NCBI RefSeq assembly: GCF_964204645.1
Contig: NC_134029.1
Location: forward strand, 3,038,001-3,102,000
DNA: 64,000 nt
Origin: Tubulanus polymorphus
Taxonomy: Eukaryota; Animalia; Nemertea
Direction of reading: 5' to 3'
The notes below the pieces were generated by a model. The model ran no database searches, had not been told where the DNA came from, and saw only the letters and a program-made list of their open reading frames with translations. Positions 52,275 through 64,000 of the stretch are shown here, one piece after another (position 1 is the first letter of the stretch; the number at the start of each line of letters is the position of its first letter). A program made the position numbers and the translations under genes.

Positions 52275-52610
52275 TTTGAGGAGCTTCAGCTAAATGTAGA
52301 CTTTGAGAAGCTACCTTGAGCTAAATGTCGAGTTCGAGAAGCTTCCTTATGCTCTATGTAGAGTTTGAGAAGCTTGATGTAGAGTTTGAAAAGCTTTCTT
52401 GTGTTCACTGTAGAGCTTGAGGAGCTTCATCACGCTCAATGCAGAGTTTGAGGATCTTCATCGAGCTCAATGCAGAGTTTGAGGATCTTCATCGCGCTCA
52501 ATGCAGAGTTTGAGGATCTTCATTGTGCTCAATGCAGAGTTTGGGGAGCTTCATTGTGCTCAAGGCAGAGTTGAGGAGCTTCATTGTGTTCAGTTGAGTT
52601 TGAGGATCTA
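52275..52610. repeat. Minisatellite, ~31-bp unit (gcagagtttgaggatcttcatcgagctcaat), ~10-11 copies
   Basis: Visible tandem array that degenerates toward both ends. Confidence 0.85.
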
Positions 52611-55600
52611 CCCAACTTCCTGAATGTTCATAATGCACTCATTCTGTTTCATTTACTCAAATAAGACCATTTTCAACCACTTACATCTGGTCCCTAAAAT
52701 GGTTACATGGTTATGGGTTAAACTTGGTACTGGTAGTTTGACTACAAGGTCATACTGAGTCCTTGGGTTTTATGTGATTAAATAAAGATTGAACGATATT
52801 CCCAGTTAGTGTTAGCCAGCAATTTAACAGTTATTCATGTTTGATTTCGGTCTCAGCGGAGGTCACAGTTTTTGGTAAACATCGTTAAATTAACGACGGC
52901 TGAAGGAAATAAATTTCAATTAAATCAATTGTGACATTTTATTCATTTGTTTGATAAAAGCCAGTGAAGGGTTAATGTCGATTGATTAGAATTTTATCTG
53001 AATTCAGCTATTAAACCGAAGGCAGTGCAAACCATTAAACAAGTCATTAAATGCTGGGAACGGTGGGAAGTAAATGGGTTTTTGTCATGTTTTGTTGGAA
53101 TAGGAAATGTTCAGATGGCATTTACATCGGCAGACCAGGTTTGTATGTATGAAGTGAAGGTGCTTTCAGAGAGATCAGAATATTGTGCACCATTCACTGA
53201 GATATGGCAGATCTTTATTGCAAACGCAAAATCGAACAAATACTAAAATATGACACTTTTCCCAATTAACTTCCCTGACTTTATTTACAATAAGGCTTAT
53301 TTACTGGTTTGGTTCAGTATAAACTTTATTAGTCCCGATATATGAGTAATAACAATGACAATTTCAGTTTGTGTGATGTACGCGTTATGAACTGGTCACA
53401 GTGCAGTCCTGAAAGTCGTCTGAACCCAATGGCTAAATAAAAAGTCAAACTTACATCTACAATAGTCATATTGTCACTATTTCTAACATGAAACAATGAT
53501 GTGAATGCTTCTTGAAATGATCAGGATATGGAATCTTGCTTGATTATGCTTGTATTTTTAGTACGTGTGAACAGGAATAGAATATGAATAGAAAATGTCG
53601 TCTGTAGTTAATGTCAACAGTCAGTATAAATAATTATTTTGTCGTTGTATAGCTATAAAGGATAATCTAATAATGAATGTCATCAGGTATTCACTGGCAG
53701 TGGGAAGGATGGGTGTTGGCTAGTTTAGCTTTTCTTAGCCTTACGCATCTTCAAAACGGAGACATTAACACGGGTTTACAGAAAGATCATTAACAACAAT
53801 GCTTAATTTAAGTAATTTCATAGGGCGTGGAAGCTGAATTAGACAGTAGCCGTAAAGCTTGGCAAGTGAGAAGGGAATCACAGTGAAAGGGTTAATGATT
53901 ATTATTACAATGCTGAAACTGATATGGGAGTGGGGGCTGAAAGAGTAATAATTAAGATGTGATGAATATGTAAGAACCTAAATAGATGTCTTTATAATTC
54001 CACCTGCATTTCATGTAATCATTGTTGCTTTATAAATACCAGGGTTTTTTTTTTATTGGAATACAACTATCAGTGGAATCCCTTTAAACGTGCTCCAAAG
54101 ATATTGTTATGAGTTTTATGATGCTATGCAGGAAACACCATTAAACGCTGCTTTGCAGCCATATTTATTATTATTATTTCAAAATGCTTGTTCCTCTTCT
54201 TTCCAACTCTACTGCACGGACACACCTGTAGACTAACAAACATCAAACACCTAAATCATACACATGTTGCTTTGTGTTTGGTTTTATAAATGTTTGCGAT
54301 GTAGCGATCTGATAAATGAATGGAGCCGATAATTGGCACATTCACGGCGACCATTTTGTCGCGGTAGTTGTCGTCGTCGTTGCCGGGAATCGGGAGAGAG
54401 AAAAACACGCAAAAACGCGGACGCTTCCATAAATCCTGATAAATTATGAGAAATACGACGACTGCGACGGCAGCAGCGTCACTGGTGTTCATCATTCATC
54501 ATGATCAGCGCTGTAATCGATGTAGTTACGCTAATTATTGAGTTAAACGATCGTTCGTAATCGCGATTCTGTTTCGCGCCGCGAAGTCGCGAGAAAAATG
54601 CAAACTTCCAGGAAAAAATGATATCGTTTATATCTCGTAGATGCATTTTGGTGGTTCGAAACTGAGATATTTCTCAAATTCTTTGTATGACAAATGCGCC
54701 ACGAAGTACTCTTTAGATTAATCCTAGTTTCTCTAAATTTGCCCAATTTTTAATATCAAAGTTCATTGAATAATTTAAGATTGCGTTCATCTGATATTTA
54801 AGTGGCGCCATCTGACGGGATTGCTGGTGTGTGGCTAATCCATTAACAGGCAATGTATAACACCAGTATCACAGGGCTTTTTGGTGACTTTTGACCTGAG
54901 GACATCAATTAGTCGAATGATCTATTATACCAAATAAAATCGTGGAAAGACGTTATGAGACACTTTTCCCATATACCACTGAAAACGATGACAATGAACA
55001 AAATACCACTGCGCACCTTCCAAGATTTTGGTCAATTATAGATATATCGTAAAATTCTTAGTAAAAAGTCCATGGTAAAACCAGCTGAAGTTTTTTGCCC
55101 AGCAGTAAGCAACAGGTTGATTCGTATTTCGCGAGTGAAATTATTTGCTTTCTGCTTGGAGTAGACAAGTGATTACTCCAAGCTTTCTGATACTGATGTA
55201 AGAATAGTGATTATTAGATTATACCTGGCAGTCTGTTTATACCTTTCACATCCAATTAATGCAGAATACACAGCAGCAATGACGCCAGTAGTTGTAGTAG
55301 TTGCCTGCAGTGCAAATAAAACTCATATTTACCAAGCTGCGTAAATTCGCTTCACGTGTGTATCAAATTTGTTATTTGTTCTAATGTTGAACTCGCTTAT
55401 AATTGAATTGAAACATTGTTTATAGAAACAACTGATGCCTTGAGACAGTTTACTACTTATACATTTTTCGAGATCTTTTTGTCAACTTTTCTCACCGTTT
55501 GATGCGATCAATAAGCTGCTCTTTGGGGTACAAAATGGAAAGTTACACATTGACAATTTTGCCTGGACCAAATTGGCACATCAGACCAAATTTGGCCCAT

Positions 55601-56269
55601 GCCTGATAAGAAAGCACGTTTACGTGTAAACCACTAACTAACTCATACTAAACAATGCTTGTTGCAATTCACACGCAATTGTGTGACCTATGCTACAATT
55701 TTGCTCAGCCCTGTCTGACGTTTTTGGTCTGGCCAAACAGGCACAGTTCATTTTGCATGTGTGAACATTGTTCCCGGCCTAATTTGGCGAATGATGCTGG
55801 TGTGATCGCGGCTAAAATCAAACCCAACTTAGTTATTTATTTGGTGCTGTCAAAACAATTATTGAGAATCAGCTAGACAGCAGCTCCGTAGGTAAATAAA
55901 ATGCATGAATATTTAACATAATTCATTAATATGGAAGCTGGGAATATTCATTATCACGAGGCATTGATTTCAAATCACTTTTGCATAATCGATTGAAAAA
56001 TTTCGTTGAGCCAATAGTAACTGCACTCTACCGAGTTTCCTGTTTCGTTTTTTCATATTGACTGTACTTCCTCTGAGTGATGGCTATAGATGTTATTGCG
56101 AAACCGACGTTGTCGACATGCTTCGGTTTTCGATGGTCGTCCAAGGCTTTCGCACGCTTGGCCTCCATGACAACTGTCAACATTAAGCCGCGGAAAGTGA
56201 TGTAAATATCTGCCTGTAATAATCCACTTTCACTCTCTCTCCTCTCAGTTGCTGTCTAATATATAATCC

Positions 56270-56600
56270 TGTAGGAACATGTAGGAAAATGTCACAACAT
56301 GTAGAAGACTGTAGGAACATGTAGGAACCTTTTTCAGGACATTAAGGAACATGTAGAAGACGGTAGGAACATGTAGGAACCTTTTCGGGACATTAAGGAA
56401 CATGTAGAAGACTTTAGGCACTTGTAGGAACCCTTTCAGGACATTAAGGAACGTGTAGGAACATGTAGGAAAGACTGTAGGAACATGTCGAACAGGAACC
56501 TGTAAGGAACCTGTAAAGAATTGTAGGAACCTGTAAGAACAGGAACATGTAGTAAGATAAAGGAACTGGTAGAAACCTGTAAAGAACTGTAGGAAGCTGT
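56270..56600. repeat. Degenerate tandem repeat based on gtaggaacat
   Basis: Repeated ~10-bp motif with a ~51-bp higher-order unit at 56300-56450. Confidence 0.75.
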
Positions 56601-58210
56601 ATGTTGAAAGATATTTGATCAGGTGTTACTATCGATGAGATCGCTGTAATTATCAATACCATCATTTCAATGCTGCACTCGCTCGTCGTCGTATCACTAT
56701 GATTAAGGCTCCCCAATTTTCTGCTTCTCTCCAGAGACTTATTTTATGTTTTACGCTGCGCTGTGCATGCCGCTGATTTTCTAACTATTTTATGATGTTG
56801 AATTCATTTACTGTCAAAATGACTCGCGTAAATATCACAGTTCAATCGACAGATGTTTTTCTGCTATTTTTCTATAGCCTTGAATCCAAAAATTTGAAAG
56901 CTTAAGTTTCTTGCAAAATTCAATTACCAGAAAATGAGAAATTGTTATGGAAAATTCTGAAAATGATAAAACCATCAATTCTGAAGGAAATGTTTATTCA
57001 ATCCAATAGTAATCCAAGAGTCAAACTGAAGACTCGTCAGGATTAGAGAAATTCAAAATTCGCCGAAATGTCTGAAACTTTAATTCCACGTTTTATCTCG
57101 AAATTTACTCGTCATTGAAGTGTTCATGCGCTTTTAACCTGTCTATAAAAGTTAATCGGATTTATTGATGACAAACTTAGTACGTATCCGATGTAAGACC
57201 TAATTCAATTAATTAGAGATATATTCATTAGACGTAGCTTTAAGACTGACTTTCAGCTATAAGTCGTCACCTTGCCATTCTCGTTTGATCACCAGTTCGC
57301 GATTAGATTTGCAAATGACTAGAATTTTTATCCCTGACGGATATAACGGAATTGAACGTTGCCTGAATCGGATGATTAAAATTTCAAATGAAGAGAAACC
57401 TGCGGATGATTAATCTTTTGTACCGCCCATTACGCAGTGACTGTCAAGATGGTTTCTATCTGTATGAGGTAATGAAGCCTCAACAGTTGTGGTGTTTCAG
57501 GTTGCTTTTTAATTAAACGTCTGTCATCGGCGCCTTAAAGCTTTATCGTGTAAGATACTTAGATAAAAAATCTTGAATAAAAATTTGAATATTTATATTC
57601 TTCACATAGGCATCAGAACCGCAGTTCAATTTCAATTTATCTGTAGCCGATCTAACAAGTTAAAACCAGTTGACCACTTTTGCACTTAAATCTTAAGATT
57701 GGTCGTAAGTTATTTGATTAGCTATAAAACTAAGTCTCAAGTCTAAGCTATGACAGGCCCCTGGAGTCTTCAGACTCCAATGAGGTCCATGTAATGAGGT
57801 CCATTATGAAAGTTCCAGGGAAATAAGAGTTCAAGCAACTTTCGACTCTTTTTTAATTGAGGACGATTTATTAAATTCAAACTGAGAACTGTTATTGAGG
57901 TCCATACAGACATCACCTTCTCTGAATGCATCACACATTTTGTTCAACAAATTCCTTCAGTTTTTGTATCGTCATACATTCATAGCTGTCTTCATTCCTT
58001 TAGTTGAGTTGATCGCGTGACTGCGTGCACCTGTCTGTAAGCCTGATTGTTTCATTACTCCGAACATTATTAGGCTTCTTATTGGTTTTCACAGTGGTCG
58101 AGTGCTTCATGAAATCTCATTTCTATAGACAGCTATAATCGCTATTCATGTATCGAGTATTAATTAGTTATGTGATACGTGGCTAACATGTGGACCTACA
58201 ACCACCAACT

Positions 58211-58415
58211 CAAATAGGCCGCATTTCAAATAGACCATATCTTAATCAGACCATATCTCAAACAGACCGCATCTCAAATAGACCGCATCTTGGATAGACC
58301 ATGTCTCAAACAGACCACGTCTCAAATAGACCGCATCTTGAATAGACCATGTCTCAAACAGACCACGTCTCAAATAGACCGCGTCTCAAATAGACCGCAT
58401 CTCAAATAGACCACG
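58211..58415. repeat. Minisatellite, 16-bp unit (caaatagaccgcatct), ~12 copies
   Basis: Visible tandem array. Confidence 0.9.
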
Positions 58416-61400
58416 ATCTCGGTCTACGGTAAACCTACTTGGTACTCAGTTTCAGTGGTTTCTTAGCTACAAATTCATCGAATTATTTTTTTAATTTCCT
58501 TTATTTTCTAATCGAAAGCTCCATTACAACTACGTCATCCTACCCACTGGAGTCAGGTGGAGACTGGAGGTTTGAAGATTTGATACATATATCGAGAAAA
58601 AACAATTATCTTTCTTCTTTACATAATTTTTGAAACATCATACACGTTTATCATCGCATTCGTTTTTCGGTTCTCGTTTGAAAATAATCCTTTAACATCC
58701 TTCCTAAGATTTAAAGACTATGTATTTAAGTGAGGCATCACTTCGCTTGGTTGAAATATCGTCAAACCATTTTTAATACGGGTTTGAGATGAAGGTGGTA
58801 AGGTAACCTCTTTTTCTAGTCTGCACCGGGGTTATTGACTCTATGTAGATAAAGTGGTAATGAGTTTGAGCAATATGTGTGTGGTGTGTGTTGTAGTGAT
58901 ATGAAGAATCTTCCGTACCAATTCACCTCGTTTTAGGTCGTTACACCGTGGCTGAGTTTAATTTCAGTTCTAACGAGTAATTCACCCGTGCGGTCGTGAC
59001 GTGAATATCGATATCACGATTTCATCATCACCATCATCTTCATTATCATTTATATTAATGACTGTGGTTTATATTAACGCCATTAATATGATATAATGCT
59101 TGCAGTATTCGCTGTATGAAATTGAATATTACTGATTGACTGTTAACGATATACTGACCCTCCATCTCCTCCATCTCCTCCATTGGTAGACGATCATTAC
59201 ACTCATTTGCTGTGGATGTCATTGGGTTCAAATTCCTGCTGGGAAGGATTCAACCCTCACATAACTTATACCCCTCACAAACCATCAGGTATATCCTTAC
59301 ACACCTTCGTAAACCCTCACCATCCATCGCACACCCTCACATAGTCATACACCATCAGGTCCCCTTACCTTCATGTACCCTCTCCCTTGCAATTCATCAG
59401 ACACCCTGGCATACCTGTACACACCCTTAATCTATCACAAACCATCAAACCCTTACTCATATAACCTCAATGCATCCTCACACATCCTCGCAGTGCTTCA
59501 TGTTTGTAGTTCGTATTTTTGATGTGCTGATCTCGTCTTGAATGAACATTTGCTCCGATATTCTATTTCATCCCTGCCCCCGGGAGACGGTGCCTTCATT
59601 TCGATGATATCAATAGAATTCTGTCCACGAGCGAAGTCACAACTGACGCTACAACTTTTACTACATCGATATTTCCTGGATGTTATTGTTTCATACGGCG
59701 ACGGTTGATGGAAATAAGTTTTCACCCGATGGCTATTTTACATTTCGAAATTGAATCGATGCAGGGTTCGGTGTAGTTACAAACGCGGAACAACACCCAA
59801 CATTATCAACACAATATCAACAAATGAACATTCAATACGGAACATCCAACTCTTCTACTGCAGCAGTTGAGGATTCTACTTATGGCCAGCAATGTTCACT
59901 AGATACTCAGTCTTTTTTACACATTTTCTACATTTCGATTAATTACGAATGAACATAATAAATCACTATAGAAAACTATACCAATCACTGAGTAAGATTA
60001 TAAATTTACTGAATATTTGAAGGGTTCTGCGATAATGTTTATTCGTTTTCATGATAAACTGAAATTGTGAGAATTGATACAAGTCTTGGTTGGGAGTTTC
60101 ACAGATAACGGTTAATAACCTTTTTTGTGGCTGACAAATAGATTTATGAACACGCACACATTTGTTTTATGATGATCTTTGAGAATCTGTACCTGGTAAA
60201 CTGAAGCTTTTCATAAAGAAAAAAAAGAAAAAAGCAGTTTTATCGAGATATATATATATATACATGCATACATACATAAAGAGAAAATTGTTGAAACCGT
60301 CTGATTTTCACTCAACAATTTTCTGAAGTAGATTTTACCCGATTTTTCGCCAATGATGTGGAGACAGAAAAATGAACTGTAATTGATTTTGATGGTTGTT
60401 TGAAATGCTTCGTGGTGATGAGACAAGTTTCAGCTGCTGTAACATGATGAGTATACGATTTTAGTAGTACACCTGATATTAAAAAACGTAACTCCTGGAG
60501 AACACTTGGAAATAAGTAATAATTTATTTTAGGGCTTGGAAAAGTTATGAAATTTTAAGTTTTGCGTCTGAAGCTATGAAAATGTTAGGCCCCATACATA
60601 TTTCAATTCTGCCATTAGTGATTCTAAGCTGATTCTGCATTAACTTGCTATGGACATTTGGATATCCCTGGAAAAGGTGTTAAAAATCGAAGACTGCAAA
60701 TAGTACAAACCAAATATTGTTTGCTATGACAAACGCTGAATTAAATGCGAGTGAAAACATTCATTAAGACAAATGGGGTGAAATAATGAAATATTTCTGC
60801 CAATATTCACCGAGCGTTGATTAAAACAGTGTTATTATATTGTGTCAATCATGGGATATTTCTACATCGAGCCCTTCCCGCGCTACCAACCGGTTGCTTA
60901 GTCGCGACAATTCTCTAGAAGTATGCAGCAGTATCTCGACGAGTGCCTGATGGAATTTCGTTATGATGGGCATATTTTTGATTAATATATTATTAGAAAA
61001 TACTTGACATAACCATTATGGATATTTTGCGTAGTGTTGGAAGCTACTTGGCTATATTTGTGCATGTGAAGCGTATGCTGATAACTTGAGTTGGTATTAT
61101 GAGTTGAGCGTCTGCTAAATGGTCTTATTTCCCAGGGATGGACCACTACACGGAATTCGAACTGGAGAATTATAGGCAATATGTGACTTTCAACAGCCAC
61201 CATATATTCCTGTGCCATCCGATTACCCGGCAAACTCCTGTTTCAAAAGTGCATCGAATCCCAATGTAGAGCTGAAACAGTTTAGATGGATAATAATCTT
61301 ATTGAACCAGTTGTAGAAGCTGGTAGAAATAGCCGGAAGGAAGATCAGAAAATGTTTCTAAGCCGATGTGTAAAGTGCTTTTATCTTAGGTGTACCACCT

Positions 61401-63620
61401 GAGCTCATTATATCAAAGACTTATAGTAGATCTTGTAGACCTTTAGTAATTATGCTCGGCCAAGAAGCTTAGACTTTTCGAGTCTTAGCTTAAGAGTTTT
61501 CTTGTATCGTGATACAACATGAAGTAATCAGCATTCTTTCTGTCAGTAGCAACCTTACGTATATGCAATTCATTGATTCAGGCAGTAATACTATAACGTT
61601 ATTTAGTCCTTTACTTTTTATTTGCCTTTCATCGTTATGAAGAGTTACAACTGGCTCTAGATCCCCATTCTGAAGTCCGGAACTAAGAGAATTTGAGTTT
61701 CATTTTTTCGCAATTAAATGTATAAAACTTGATTTTCTGAAATCCCAAATCATCAAAAGATTTCAGGTAATTGTTCATAGATGTATATATATATATATAT
61801 ATATGTATATTGATACATTGTAGACTGAAGTAGTTTTGTATCTTCTAAATCCCGCTACTCATGAACTGGTAAGCTCTGATGGTCTGACACATACGTTGCC
61901 TAAGGACGGAGTCTTAGCGTAAGTTGCTTATTCTGATGACATGTTTACTTTATGCGAGCTATAACACTTAATGAAACACTTCAACGCTGCCACCGATATT
62001 TTCAAGTCACCTGCCTCGGGGCTGATAATGTGTTTCACATCTCATATCTCTTAGCATCGCTATAGACGTGCTTGTCATCCTTATTATTCTCCGATCAACT
62101 GTCGTTGAAACATTCGATATTTTCAATAGTTAATCCTATGTCTGTAATGCCGTTATTCATCGTTTCAGGGATGTACTTAAAAAACGCCAGTTAGAACTAT
62201 ATGAAGGCATCGATGCCTCCGATCCTCTATCGGGCTTGTTTAAAACCAGCACAGGTTCCTTAAACCCTTCAAAAACTGGTAAGTCTTGTTGTGATGCTTT
62301 TCATAACTTTTCTTACATTATCCCCGTTTTGTGAAAACCGGAAATGATGTGTGAAGAGTAATGTCTGTATATTATGTAAAGACTAGATTCAAGGACCATT
62401 AAGAGTCTTGCTGCCTGAGTGGTTTTTGTGAATTTGGCAATTTTGTCCTATAAAACTGAAAGGCTCATGATTAGGACAGGAAACTTTTTTGCGAGTTGAT
62501 GCAATTTTAACAGTTTTATGCGTGGATTTTAACTTTAAAGCCCTTCAGTGACTTCTTTTGAAATAGCTCCACACACTTCATTGCAGCCTTTTTGACGCTT
62601 GACATCTTCCCATTATTAGGCTTTTGACCTATTTATTTTATGATCAATAATCGTGATGTCATGATGGATGTGTGCATTATTTTCGGTTACGTAGTTGTAG
62701 ATTTTGGGCTCTTATGAAGAATGGGTTTTAATCAGTTTATACGCGCTATATGATTGAAACTGCTCATTACACGGGTCAATTCAATCTTTCCAACCGAGGA
62801 TAAAGAAAAAAAACCGAACCACCAGATAGAGCAGGGGGTCTAGTTTATATGTCCATGGATAGAATATTCATGTGAGGAGTGCATAGTTGATCCGTTTAAT
62901 TTGGCCCGTTACTATACCTGGAAAGGACCAACTTAGAATAGAATAATTCAATGCTGTGCATCCACATTCATTTTCAAATCAACCGTTATCACTCAGAAAT
63001 TTGTCTCTGGTGTCTATGTTAAATACAGGGGGAAATCTAATAGCACCGAGTACAATAGGCAGACATTTCATTTCATATTTCAGGGTGCATACGAGTAACT
63101 AAATCTCTCATTGTCAACGTCAGAATGATCAATTAGTCGATTGCGTGTCGATTTCTCATCCTGTCACTGAAACCTAATCCTCTGCTGTACAGATACTGTT
63201 TATTTCCACGAATACCTATCTTTCATTAGTCGTAACGTCTTAACCGGTGCATTCTGATCGACATTCATATTTCATGATCTGACAAAATGCGAGAAATTAC
63301 GTCGTAGAAAATGTTGAAAGCAGTTTTCTCAGCAGTGTGCAGTCCATGTATACAATTCTTTTTACCACTTCTGAAATGGTATCTATTATTCTGACCTGAA
63401 TGGATGTTGTTTTCGGTTACAGCGCCAATATGCCTGGAAGCTTCTCGTGTTTCTTCTCCTGAAAAGGCTTCTTACGGATACTTACCCTCGCGCCGTGCTC
63501 TGACATTCAACACCACTTCATGACAAGTCCAGAATCGTGGCCAGAACAGACATAACATTATTACTAAATGCCATCTCAGTTTTACAGTATTGAATTGAAG
63601 GCAATTGGAAATATAAACCA

Positions 63621-63775
<155 letters not shown>

Positions 63776-64000
63776 CCATTTTCCAGCTGTTCTCTCTTGA
63801 AAGGAAGCCTTAGTATAGTATAGTTTTCCTTTTATCTGATGATGAAACCAACCAATTCCAACAATCACAAGGGCGAAGTTTGATCGTCGAGGAACGAGAT
63901 ATTCGGATCGTGCAAAGGCCTACTTTTGAATGTCTTGTTATTGATTTAAGGGTATAACCGACTTGTCATTATCCTCCCACTTATAAAGGAATATGTGTAT

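Noticed and set aside
57027-57056. Second hammerhead-like motif (ctgaaga...gaaa)
   Set aside because: Stem II overlaps the GAAA and no stems I or III can be drawn.
61390-61446. Possible next PDE2A exon (VPPEL...)
   Set aside because: Wrong phase for the 47800 donor, reaches a stop quickly, and similarity is too weak.

Overview
AT-rich invertebrate (metazoan) genomic DNA with spliceosomal introns, so the ORF track only catches exon fragments; I rebuilt the genes by hand from GT-AG boundaries and reading-frame phase. In order: a divergent USP-family deubiquitinase (-, runs off the window start); an unrecognised secreted protein made of twelve 47-aa repeats separated by KRK sites (-); ARL15 (-); MFSD12 (+); RNF126/RNF115 (-); Nicalin/NCLN (+, with a U12-type intron); BORCS8 (-); and the 5' part of a probable PDE2A (+) whose large introns fill 39-64 kb. 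The last six genes form three consecutive head-to-head pairs. Introns carry MITE-like inverted-repeat elements, tRNA-derived SINE-like heads, minisatellites and a back-to-back pair of hammerhead-ribozyme-like cores. Gene identities rest on remembered similarity to human proteins; no search was run.
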